NCBI GenBank assembly: GCA_964016885.1
Contig: OZ024743.1
Span: 81,592,001 to 81,656,000 of the forward strand
Reading direction: 5' to 3'
DNA length: 64,000 nt
DNA from: Eledone cirrhosa
Taxonomy: Eukaryota
Shown: positions 46,175-59,800 of the stretch, one piece after another
How positions within the stretch are numbered: the stretch's first letter is position 1
Layout of the letters: each line of letters begins with the position of its first letter
Translations under genes and position numbers: made by a program
The notes under the pieces: generated by a model
Seen by the model: only the letters and a program-made list of their open reading frames with translations
Databases searched by the model: none
What the model was told of the DNA's origin: nothing

Positions 46175-47107
46175 ATGTAGAAAAGTAACACGCGAGTTGA
46201 TGTATATAAAAACAAACAGTAGAAAGGAAAAGGATTCTTTCAGTAGAAAATGTTGAAGAGATTTTCTTCAGTGAAATATCAAAACATTAATTTATTTACA
46301 ATATCGGTTTCAGCATTATATGCATTGTCAGTTGCGGTTATACAGAATATTGTTAAGTTGCATATTTGTACAAATAGTGATAATAATAATAATGAAGAAA
46401 ATAAAATAAAAAGGGGAAGAACAATTAATGTTCACATACATGTTCATTCAGAGAAGAGAGAGTTCATTTCTCTGTCCAACCTACTCTGCTTATAGTTTGG
46501 TTGTCTATAATTATTCCGAGCATCCACAGTTATCTCCCTATATCGACCTATCGTGGGTTTACTCCCCCTCCCCTGTTAGGTGACTGTTTCTGCACGTACG
46601 TATTCGTGCAGTTGTTTTCCTTTTCCGTACAACCTCATTTAAACCGAGCTGATGATCCGAATAAGGTGAAGAAACAATTGTTCGCGGTAATGGTGAACTA
46701 TCTGTTGTGGAACTACTTCTACCAATCTCGTTCCATGGACTGACACCTCTACTACTACGGATATAACCCAGCAGTGTTCTACTATTATATATATAATCAA
46801 TCACAGAGAAGTAATTAAACATATTAAACTTATGCCCAAATCCCAATATGGGATGATATGAGATCGACTAAAATAAGTCAGTTTTATACAGTTGCCCAAT
46901 CATGGCTTCTGAAAATCCAGAACTAATATTAATTATTTCAAAACATTGGAACAACTAATGCTGGCAGAATACACAATAACAAAATATAAACAAACGTAAT
47001 TACTTCACGAGGCTCGAGAAGGATAAATATATATCAAATATAAAAGAAGCCTAGAGCAAGTCTTGAGCATCGCCGGGCCATTCTGCTAGTATATAATAAT
47101 GATCATT

Positions 47108-47292
47108 GTTTCTACTTTTGGCATAAGGCCAGCAATTACCCAGTGCATTACTGGTACTTTATTTTATCGACCCCGTAAGGATGAAAGGCAAAGTTAACCT
47201 TGCCCGGATTTGAACTCAGAATGGCAAGGGCTGTAACTCTATGCGTCAAAGCATGGCGTCCAACTCTCTACCGATACTGCCAATCCACCGCC
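47108..47292 (-). mobile_element. Full-length Nin-domain tRNA-SINE
   Basis: Same structure as 40121-40303. Confidence 0.9.
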
Positions 47293-47445
47293 TAATAATA
47301 ATAATATTAATGGGAGTAAGTATACTCATTTAGAGAGTGTTACTTTTAGCTCAACGCAGTGAGGGTCATGCAGAGCTGTTATATATTTATAGTATATAAA
47401 TCAAAGAATTTTATAAATCCTTTAATTCTTTGGTTTATATACTAA

Positions 47446-47480
<35 letters not shown>

Positions 47481-47492
47481 CGTGCGTATGTG

Positions 47493-47616
<124 letters not shown>

Positions 47617-47623
47617 TGTCTGT

Positions 47624-47671
<48 letters not shown>

Positions 47672-48199
47672 ATGTATATATAACGAGAGACCTGTTGTTA
47701 CAGAAGCCACGTGGAGCCTCATTCCCAATGGTCTAACAGTAAGCCGAATAGTGGTTGAATCTATATTGACTTAATCCGTCATTTTGATGTCTTCATCTTT
47801 ATCTTGTGTTTCTACAAACAATTCTCACCAGGCGAGCCTGATGGAGGAGCTGGTTTAGACGCCAACAATTCGACCATGCCACCAGTAGTACTGGCTGGTG
47901 GTGGGTGATCTGAACTTGGTAGCCCTGGAAATTAGAGAAAGACAACTCCGAACATAAGCCCTCGCTCCCTGTGGGTGCCTGTTTAGAAGCGAAGGCTAAT
48001 GGTGTCAACCTCGACAGTAAATCAGATCGGTCTATAACTCAGGGCGCATCACACTATACCTCTCGAAGGCAACATAAAAACAAAACGAATGGTTAAAATG
48101 AAGCACGGTGACTGAGCGCTCCATGTGCTCACTATCTTAATGGAGAAACAACATAGGTACTCACCAATCTATATCACAAGACCTGTGAAGCAGGTGAAT

Positions 48200-49320
48200 T
48201 ACCTGTCTACTGGATGTGCACAGTCTTCATATCACTTACTCAGATTGCAGGCCATGTTGATTACTTCGAGTCCCATACCACGACCCTCATCAGCTACATT
48301 AGCAAGATCTTGCTGAGAATTAGACAAAAGAGGATGGAGTGGAGAGCCGAAGAACAGCTGACTTATGTACTGATGGTATTATCTAGAGGAACTGGTACAA
48401 GTGATCATATTTGAATATATCAATATACTTACAGAGAATACTCCTCTGTATATGGAGTTTATTCATTAGAAGAAGGCATACAGAATTATGAAGGTGTTAC
48501 AGAAGATAGCATGTGAATGCTTTGCAGTTAATCAGCTTTGAAGACTTTACACTGGTCAACAGGCGGCTGTTAGAGTTCACAGGCTAATTTGGTATCAGGA
48601 AAGGAGTTAGGTAAGGTCTACTTTATGTCCTACTAAGAGGAGGTCATTCGGAGGTCAGCAGGTGATGTTGGCTGGATCGGTGTATTGATCACTGGCCAGC
48701 GACTAAATAACCTTTGTTATGATAATGACATTATGTTGATAGCTACCTAGTTGACTGAGCTCCAGAGGATGATAGACAAATTAACAGAGTCTCGGGCGAA
48801 TTTCAACTAAAGTTTAACACCAAAAGGATTTAGATTATGGCAGCCCCCAGTGAACCAAAGCTGCAATTTGACAAGCCCGATACCTGTACTCCATTATTGA
48901 CCAAGCAGTGGTCTTCAATTAGAAAATCAGAGCAAGGCTTGGTATAGAAGGATCAAACCTGGGATCTCTCAACACGATATAGCGAGAGCATGACAAAAAA
49001 AAATAAAAGCTGAAATTTTGGTGAACACCCGTATGGTCAGAAGGATTAAATAAGGGTAAATCGTAGGTCCTTAAGGTGTCTGACACCAAGAATTCGAGAT
49101 GAAGTGCCACAGACGAACACTGTAGATCAGTTGGGTGGCTTGTAGAGAGAATGATTTAGTCCTATATGAAGTAGGAAGAGTATGAAAGTTGGTGATGATG
49201 GTCAGAAGGTAAACATTGTGATAGCAACATTATCAGCACCAACATCAACGGGGGCGTGGGTGGAGAGAAAACAGTCTGGTGAGTAACAGAAACGAAGATG
49301 GAATGATGACCTAATATGAC
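48200..49320 (+). pseudogene. Highly decayed RTE/BovB-like RT
   Basis: TVFISL...TTLISYISKILLRIRQKRM...GTGTSDHI and RLNNLCYDNDIMLIA match RTE RT blocks. Confidence 0.75.
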
Positions 49321-49366
49321 TGTATTTTTGCATCCCTCTTTTTGTTTTGTTTCATTTATTAACTAT

Positions 49367-49401
<35 letters not shown>

Positions 49402-49409
49402 AGTTGAAA

Positions 49410-49860
49410 AAAATGAAAACGAAATTTCATTTCTCACTCTTAGTATAGCACTTACTTAAATGTAAGTATGTATGTATACGTACATACATATATGTATACA
49501 GACGTACATTAGCATGCATACATATACATATATATATATATATATATACATATATATACATATATACATACAGGTACACATACACATATGCACGCATCAG
49601 TTTAGCGGACGTTTATTATAACACCGCTTTGTTCGTTTGTTTGTCAACAAACCGAACAGCCTGAATTTATGCCATACGGTGTTAAGGCAACCACGTCACC
49701 TTTTTGTTCAACACTGACACAGGAACGATGTACTAGTTTCAAGCTTGTTAGCTATCATCAGCACCGTTTACCCATCTGCCAGATAGTTGAACGTTCGAAA
49801 GTATATACTTTCCTTATGAAAATTAACGGCTGAGCAGCCTAATTTGCATATTGAGTGAGT
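49410..49860 (-). mobile_element. Monomer of the ~442-bp HHR unit, flanked by TA-rich repeats
   Basis: Reverse-complement homology to 10691-11280. Confidence 0.8.
49726..49766 (-). ncRNA. Minimal type I hammerhead ribozyme, intact
   Basis: CGGTG-CTGATGA-TAGC-TAACAA-GCTT-GAAA-CTAG-TA-CATCG; palindromic loop CTAG. Confidence 0.85.
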
Positions 49861-49879
49861 TAAATCGTACATACATACT

Positions 49880-49965
<86 letters not shown>

Positions 49966-50241
49966 AGATGGTGTAGGACAGAACAAAAGAGGGATAAAAA
50001 TAAAAACCTAGTCTCTGACGAGGTTACAGAATGTGGGACGATAGAGCTTTGACAATATATAAACAATCTTCCGGTTATCGAACCAACCTGCCAATCAACC
50101 GGAAACTTATATTAAATTGAAGTTAAATCCAACAGGCGCCTGTGTTATTATTGGCAGCATGACCCTCCCAGAGTATAACAATATCTGTTTCAACACACGT
50201 TTTCAGATAAGAAATCTCGCAAAACAAATTTAAAAACGAAT

Positions 50242-50325
<84 letters not shown>

Positions 50326-50690
50326 TGTGTGTGTGTGTGTGTACGTGTGTGTGTGTATGTGTGTGTGTGTTGATGTATGTTTATGTACGAATCTATATAT
50401 ATGTGGGTATGTGTGTATCACTAAACCTCGTCCCCCGCAACATACTTCCAAAGTACTTTAATACAAAACTCGGCACTGAATTCGTCAGCCGCCATTTTGA
50501 AAATCATATCGTAAATTTCATATTCATATGGAAACAAATATAATTTAGATGTGCAGTTCTATCGATAATCGAATGAGTTCGAATAAAATCGGAAATTTAG
50601 CTAGCATAATGAAATGAAAGAATAATCAATTTAGATAAATATCGTTATTTTTCAAGAACAAAATCACTCTCCCTTCTTGTCTGTTGCTAG

Positions 50691-50776
<86 letters not shown>

Positions 50777-50925
50777 CCCTCTCTCTCTTGCTCCTCGATA
50801 TATATATATGTGAGTGTGTGTGTGTGTAGTACGCATGGTGCTTATCAATGTGTAAATATATATATAGGTGTGGGTGTACATAAATCTCTCTCTCTTTATA
50901 TACATATATATATATATATATAATA

Positions 50926-50997
<72 letters not shown>

Positions 50998-51102
50998 GCG
51001 CGTTGTTCATATCTTCCCCACCTCACTAGTTATGCTTCACCACCCCCTTTACACATATTAATTTCTATATCCCCCATATTTATATATTTATATATATATA
51101 TA

Positions 51103-51161
<59 letters not shown>

Positions 51162-51215
51162 GTGCGTGTGTGTGTGTATATATATATACGTGCATATACG
51201 TGTATATATATATAC

Positions 51216-51483
51216 AATAAATTTAATCTGAGTTTTTAGAATATTAATAATAACATTTAATTCGTTTGTAATTATGCAAACAAGCCTCAATTTTATAGCC
51301 ATGTCAGTAGAATGGACCCTTCATTCTTGAAGTTGTGTTGGCATGCGAACAGAACTGCAGACACAACACCAAGAATGAAGGGTTCATTCTACTGACATGG
51401 CTATAAAATTGAGGCTTGTTTGCATAATTACAAACGAATTGAAAGTTATTATTAATATTCGAAAAACTCAGATTACATTTATT
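51216..51483. mobile_element. TA-adjacent fold-back element (no HHR seen)
   Basis: ~120-bp inverted arms around a ~25-bp spacer. Confidence 0.8.
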
Positions 51484-51531
51484 TATTCAACCATGTAGAG
51501 TGAACATTTTCTTTTTATATATAAACACATA

Positions 51532-51827
<296 letters not shown>

Positions 51828-51865
51828 TAATATACACGGGTGTGTACGATTGTGTATAGAAGATT

Positions 51866-52252
51866 ATATAAATAAAAGGAATTCCAACTTTGTCTGATTT
51901 ACTCGTTTTATTTACAATCCTTTAAAATTATAATGATATTATAATGAAATAGTATGGTAGAATATTAAATGTTAAGTGTTAATTGAACAAGTACTTTCAT
52001 GCTTTCGCAATCTTCAGGTTCATAATGTGTGGTGACAGTCAAGTTTGCAATTTTCAACTGTTGAAAATTACAACCTTGACTGTCACCACTGAATATGAAC
52101 CTGAAGATTGCGAAAGCATGAAAGTACTTGTTCAATTAACACTTAACATTTAATATTCTACCATACTATTTCATTATAATATCATTATAATTTTAAAGGA
52201 TTGTAAATAAAACGAGTAAATCAGACAAGGTTGGAATTCCTTTTATTTATAT
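51866..52252. mobile_element. Near-perfect ~390-bp palindrome carrying two intact divergent HHRs
   Basis: Centre at 52059; HHRs at 51984-52022(-) and 52096-52134(+). Confidence 0.9.
52096..52134 (+). ncRNA. Minimal type I hammerhead ribozyme, intact (identical mirror at 51984-52022)
   Basis: TGAAC-CTGAAGA-TTGC-GAAA-GCAT-GAAA-GTAC-TT-GTTCA; GNRA-capped stem II, palindromic loop GTAC. Confidence 0.87.
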
Positions 52253-52343
52253 ATACATATATATACATATATATGTATATATACATACACACACACACAT
52301 ACACACACATACTTATATATATATATATATATATATAGGGAGA

Positions 52344-52437
<94 letters not shown>

Positions 52438-52732
52438 GATGATGTCATTGGACTCTCTGGAACTGTGACGAAGGATTTGAAGGTAAAACCTGGGAAAGTT
52501 AGGGTCTAATCTTGATATGGTGTATGTGAGTCCGAATATTCCGTTGGACCGGCAATATCTGGGGGTAGGGGATACCTTTCTCAGAAAGTGGGACAATTAT
52601 GAATAATTGTGGAAGGGACTTCATGGCCTATTAAGGTAAGGACAACGTAGTTTCTAGCAAATTGTCCCCAATAATATAACAAATATGTTTTAGTAAACCT
52701 CAATAATATATTGATGGTAAAATATGGGTGTT

Positions 52733-52991
<259 letters not shown>

Positions 52992-53121
52992 AATAAGGTG
53001 GGAACTTATTTGTAGGTAATAAGGTAATTCTAACTATTCTCGTTTCTATAGTTCTCAATATACCACTTATATTACCTCTCCATCCCTCTCTCAATATATA
53101 TATATGTATGAATATATGTAT

Positions 53122-53160
<39 letters not shown>

Positions 53161-53239
53161 CAAGGTTATTAGCTACATATACCATTGATACATTTTTAAT
53201 ATGCTGTTCCCATCTCCATTCTTGTGATTATATATATAT

Positions 53240-53292
<53 letters not shown>

Positions 53293-53330
53293 CAAATATA
53301 TATATATTTGTTTGGGTGTGTGTATGCATT

Positions 53331-53393
<63 letters not shown>

Positions 53394-53468
53394 TCAGATT
53401 CACGTTACAGCATATAATACAAAATATATCATTCATCACTCACCCTCTAGCTCATTGTACACACGACG

Positions 53469-53516
<48 letters not shown>

Positions 53517-53552
53517 TATATATATATAAATATATATATATATATCTATCTA

Positions 53553-53637
<85 letters not shown>

Positions 53638-53648
53638 CTATCTATCTA

Positions 53649-53731
<83 letters not shown>

Positions 53732-53836
53732 GTATATGTACATATATATACACACATACACATATATATTTATACCTATACATATATATATGTACATATA
53801 TATATGTATATATATATATACATATATATAAATATC

Positions 53837-53877
<41 letters not shown>

Positions 53878-53953
53878 TTCTTTCTCTGTATATATACATA
53901 TAAATATATACATATATATATATATATAAATATATATACGTATATATATATAT

Positions 53954-54007
<54 letters not shown>

Positions 54008-54304
54008 GTATAACAAGTATGTTCTCCTCCAAATTGCTATCAGCTACAAACGCCATTACGTTCCAATAACAAACATGGAGGAGTTGATGTGTAATAATAT
54101 ATCGACACAATCCAATATATATGAGATAATTCCGACATTATGATCATCATCATCGTCATCGTTGTCATCATCGTCATCATCGTCATCATCATCGTCATCA
54201 TCATCGTCATCATCATCGTCATCATCATGAAGAACAACTTTAAACAACGATATTTTAAATAAAAATACACCACCAAATTCAAGTAGTAGTAGTAGTAGTA
54301 GTAA

Positions 54305-54386
<82 letters not shown>

Positions 54387-54489
54387 TATATATGCATGTG
54401 TGTTTATATATATATATATAACAGTAAACAGTAAACATGGACAATTCCCGTTCCTTGCCTGTCCTCTGAGGATTATTATAGTTTCGGAT

Positions 54490-54720
54490 GTTGCATAAGA
54501 CAGGACTCTTCACCGCCAGAGTATCAATAGCTCTCCATGGATAGCTATTGGCGGGGAAAATACAACAGACGTTGGACGAGAAGAGAGAACAAGAAATATT
54601 TATAAACCAATATGGGACAGAACAAAGTTTATATTCAAAAGCAACATACTCATATGCGTGGGTAGCAGCCATAGGACAGAACGAAATTAATATAAGTTGG
54701 TCCATGCAATAGCCTTAGTA
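54490..54720 (+). pseudogene. Degenerate RTE-X-like LINE 3' fragment
   Basis: KTGLFTARVSIALHG*...IQQTLD resembles K.RLF.A.VESILLYG....LD. Confidence 0.4.
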
Positions 54721-55438
54721 CCATCATTAAGAGGTACACAAAATGTGGTGAAAATTGACTGAACTGGTTAGTAGTGAGACGCAAGGAAACAAAGTGTTGC
54801 ATGGAGGTGTGAAAGTGTTGGGTAGAACAGTATGAACGGTGGTTGTGTGTATTAGGGGAGAAAGAAGGTATATATATGTTTTATTTAGATTTTGTCGAAG
54901 TAATAATTTCATAGTTTGGGTTGATAAAGGTACACACACGCCATTATCATAATCTGTCTGTATCATCACAAAGAAGAATAATTGAATGCGTGTTACGAAC
55001 TATGAGGTTGTTCCAAGAAACCAAACTAAATTCGTGTAGTAAAATATATAAATAAAAATATCGTGGTCTAGTTTTATGTGTGGGTATGTGTGTGTGTATG
55101 AGTGTATGTGTTTGTGTATGTGTGTGTATGTATGTGTGTATGTGTGTGTATGTATGTGTGTATTTATGTGTGTGTGTATGTGTGTGCGTATGTGTGTGTA
55201 TGTGTGTATGTATGTGTGTGTATGTGTGTGTGTATGTGTATGTGTGTATGTATGTGTGTGTGTCTATGTGTGTGTATGTGTGTATGTGTGTATGTGTGTG
55301 TATATGTGTGTGTGGCTAAGGTGATCTGGTCACCCAGATAGGTGTGGTGATCTTATATTGTCAGTATTATTCAATAACTATCTGTATAGGAGATTACATT
55401 CAAACATCGTGTGGCTGTATTTACAACTTATATATATA

Positions 55439-55508
<70 letters not shown>

Positions 55509-55586
55509 TTATTAAAATAACAGATTAAAGTTTAAGCAAAGAATCGCTGCGGTCACCCTTAACGGGATCTTCAAATTTATTATTAT

Positions 55587-55746
<160 letters not shown>

Positions 55747-55829
55747 TAGGTGAGCGGAACAAGCAAACATTAAACAATCTTTTAAATAAATTAAAATACG
55801 ATTTAAATATTAACTCACCTGTCCAAAAT

Positions 55830-55908
55830 GCTATTACCGACGGTTTCGCTTCACAAACGATTGGAAATCCAGAGAATTTCCAACGGAAAGATCAGCTCTT
55901 CAGACAGC
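55830..55908 (-). ncRNA. Type I hammerhead ribozyme with extended stem II, core intact
   Basis: GCTGT-CTGAAGA-GCT...TTGGAAAT-TCTCTGG-ATTTCCAA...AGC-GAAA-CC-GTC-GG-TA-ATAGC; 3-bp stem III, GUA triplet. Confidence 0.82.
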
Positions 55909-56238
55909 TATTTCCATTCTATAGGACGTAAAGTCTCACAGTTTGTAAATATAGCGCTTACTGCCCGTTAGTATGAGGTCAGGGCGTTAATGTGACCTAC
56001 ACATAAACTGGCCATTAGTAAAAGCGGGAATATCATAGGCGTGTTGTTTGCCACGCCACTAAAAGTAGCAGCAAGGTACAGCGTTTTTTTCTCTACAGAC
56101 AGGGAGAATATACATAAAATGAGATTAATATCCTATAGTTCTGGTATCTCAAATTAGTACCATTGAACAACAAATGTATTATAGACACCCTATATATTTC
56201 CGTAGGTACTCAGTACCTGTGGGATATTAATCTCATTT

Positions 56239-56282
<44 letters not shown>

Positions 56283-56479
56283 AAATTGAAAAATTTATAA
56301 AGTTGAGTCTTCATCAGAAAGTACATGTACCATCGAAATATCTACGAGGAAACACGTATTCTAAAATGGACGTATTAATTTGCATATTATTAGCATTTGT
56401 GTTGGAAGTTAATTAAAATATATATTAAGTTTTATTCTAAACAGTCAAAATATACGATAAATGTGTAACTGTGAAACCA

Positions 56480-56803
56480 TGCGCCTTCATACATACCAGG
56501 CTCCTCTCGTTACGCCTCCGATATTGTACAAGGCAGAGTCAATGGCCGATACAGTGCCTCTGATGCTGTACAAGGCAGAGTCAATGGCCGATAGTGTGCT
56601 ACTGATGTTGTACAAGGCAGAGTCAATGGCCGATACAACGTGGCACCAGCGAAGTTGCAACTCATTTCTTCAGTTGAGTAAACTGGAGAAATCTGAAATA
56701 AAGTGTCTTGCGCAAGGACACAACGCATCACCCGGTACGAGATTCGAACTCAACCTCTCAATTGCAAGCCCAATGTTCTAACCACAAAGACATGCGCCTT
56801 CAC
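56480..56803 (-). mobile_element. tRNA/CORE-type SINE containing three 42-bp units
   Basis: Minus strand TGAAGGCGCATG..GTGGTTAG (A box), GAGTTCGAATCT (B box), TGTGTCCTTGCGCAAGACACTTTATTTC (CORE-like), then 3 repeat units at 56517-56640. Confidence 0.75.
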
Positions 56804-56819
56804 TGGCATGCATGGTTGA

Positions 56820-59800
56820 CTGTGCTACCGATGTTGTATAAGGCAGAGTCAATGGCCGATACAGTGCCTCTGATGTTGTACAAGGCAGAGTCAATGGCCG
56901 ATACAGTGCCTCTGATGTTGTACAAGGCAGAGTCAATGGCCGATACAGTGCCTCTGATGTTGTACAAAGCAGAGTCAATGGCCGATACAGTGCCTCTGAT
57001 GTTGTATAAGGCAAAGTCAATGGCCGATACAGTGCCTCTGATGTTGTACAAGGCAGAGTCAATGGCCGATACAGTGCCTCTGATGTTGTACAAGGCAGAG
57101 TCAATGGCCGATACAGTGCCTCTGATGTTGTACAAGGCAGAGTCAATGGCCGATACAGTGCCTCTGATGTTGTACAAGGCAGAGTCAATGGCCGATACAG
57201 TGCCTCTGATGTTGTACAAGGCAGAGTCAATGGCCGATACAGTGCTATGGATGTTGTACAAGGCAGAGTCAATGGCCGATACAGTGCCTCTGATGTTGTA
57301 CAAGGCAGAGTCAATGGCCGATACAGTGCTATGGATGTTGTACAAGGCAGAGTCAATGGCCGATACAGTGCCTCTGATGTTGTATAAGGCAAAGTCAATG
57401 GCCGATACAGTGCCTCTGATGTTGTACAAGGCAGAGTCAATGGCCGATACAGTGCCTCTGATGTTGTACAAGGCAGAGTCAATGGCCGATACAGTGCTAT
57501 GGATGTTGTACAAGGCAGAGTCAATGGCCGATACAGTGCCTCTGATGTTGTACAAAGCAGAGTCAATGGCCGATACAGTGCCTCTGATGTTGTACAAGGC
57601 AGAGTCAATGGCCGATACAGTGCCTCTGATGTTGTACAAGGCAGAGTCAATGGCCGATACAGTGCCTCTGATGTTGTATAAGGCAGAGTCAATGGCCGAT
57701 ACAGTGCCTCTGATGTTGTACAACGCAGAGTCAATGGCCGATACAGTGCTATGGATGTTGTACAAGGCAGAGTCAATGGCCGATAGTGTGCTACTGATGT
57801 TGTACAAGGCAGGGTCAATGGCCGATACAGTGCCACTGATGTTGTATAAGGCAGGGTCAATGGCCGATACAGTGCCTCTGATGTTGTACAAGGCAGAGTC
57901 AATGGCCAATACAGTGCCTCTGATGTTGTACAAGGCAGAGTCAATGGCCGATACAGTGCTATGGATGTTGTACAAGGCAGAGTCAATGGCCGATAGTGTG
58001 CTACTGATGTTGTACAAGGCAGAGTCAATGGCCGATACAGTGCCACTGATGTTGTACAAGGCAGAGTCAATGGCCGATAGTGTGCTACTGATGTTGTACA
58101 AGGCAGAGTCAATGGCCGATACAGTGCCACTGATGTTGTACAAGGCAGAGTCAATGGCCGATAGTGTGCTACTGATGTTGTACAAGGCAGAGTCAATGGC
58201 CGATACAGTGCCACTGATGTTGTACAAGGCAGAGTCAATGGCCGATACAGTGCCACTGATGTTGTACAAGGCAGAGTCAATGGCCGATACAGTGCCACTG
58301 ATGTTGTACAAGGCAGAGTCAATGGCCGATACAGTGCTATGGATGTTGTACAAGGCAGAGTCAATGGCCGATACAGTGCCACTGATGTTGTACAAGGCAG
58401 AGTCAATGGCCGATACAGTGCCTCTGATGTTGTACAAGGCAGAGTCAATGGCCGATACAGTGCCTCTGATGTTGTACAAGGCAGAGTCAATGGCCGATAC
58501 AGTGCCTCTGATGATGTACAAGGCAGAGTCAATGGCCGATACAGTGCTACTGGTGTTGTACAAGGCAGAGTCAATGGCCGATACAGTGCCTCTGATGATG
58601 TACAAGGCAGAGTCAATGGCCGATACAGTGCCTCTGATGTTGTACAAGGCAGAGTCAATGGCCGATACAGTGCCTCTGATGATGTACAAGGCAGAGTCAA
58701 TGGCCGATACAGTGCTATGGATATTGTACAAGGCAGAGTCAATGGCCGATACAGTGCCACTGATGTTGTACAAGGCAGAGTCAATGGCCGATACAGTGCT
58801 ATGGATGTTGTACAAGGCAGAGTCAATGGCCGATACAGTGCCACTGATGTTGTACAAGGCAGAGTCAATGGCCGATACAGTGCCACTGATGTTGTACAAG
58901 GCAGAGTCAATGGCCGATACAGTGCCTCTGATGTTGTACAAGGCAGAGTCAATGGCCGATACAGTGCCTCTGATGATGTACAAGGCAGAGTCAATGGCCG
59001 ATACAGTGCTATGGATGTTGTACAAGGCAGAGTCAATGGCCGATACAGTGCCACTGATGTTGTACAAGGCAGAGTCAATGGCCGATACAGTGCTATGGAT
59101 GTTGTACAAGGCAGAGTCAATGGCCGATACAGTGCCACTGATGTTGTACAAGGCAGAGTCAATGGCCGATACAGTGCTATGGATGTTGTACAAGGCAGAG
59201 TCAATGGCCGATACAGTGCTATGGATGTTGTACAAGGCAGAGTCAATGGCCGATACAGTGCCACTGATGTTGTACAAGGCAGAGTCAATGGCCGATACAG
59301 TGCCTCTGATGTTGTACAAGGCAGAGTCAATGGCCGATACAGTGCCTCTGATGTTGTACAAGGCAGGGTCAATGGCCGATACAGTGCTATGGATGTTGTA
59401 CAAGGCAGAGTCAATGGCCGATACAGTGCTATGGATGTTGTACAAGGCAGAGTCAATGGCCGATACAGTGCTATGGATGTTGTACAAGGCAGAGTCAATG
59501 GCCGATACAGTGCTATGGATGTTGTACAAGGCAGAGTCAATGGCCGATACAGTGCCTCTGATGTTGTACAAGGCAGAGTCAATGGCCGATACAGTGCCTC
59601 TGATGTTGTACAAGGCAGGGTCAATGGCCGATACAGTGCTATGGATGTTGTACAAGGCAGAGTCAATGGCCGATACAGTGCCTCTGATGTTGTACAAGGC
59701 AGAGTCAATGGCCGATACAGTGCCTCTGATGTTGTACAAGGCAGAGTCAATGGCCGATACAGTACCACTGATGTTGTACAAGGCAGGGTCAATGGCCGAT

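Noticed and set aside
54040-54705. 221-aa minus-strand ORF as a host exon
   Set aside because: Half of it is microsatellite, and the unique half is better explained as the antisense of a decayed RTE-like fragment.
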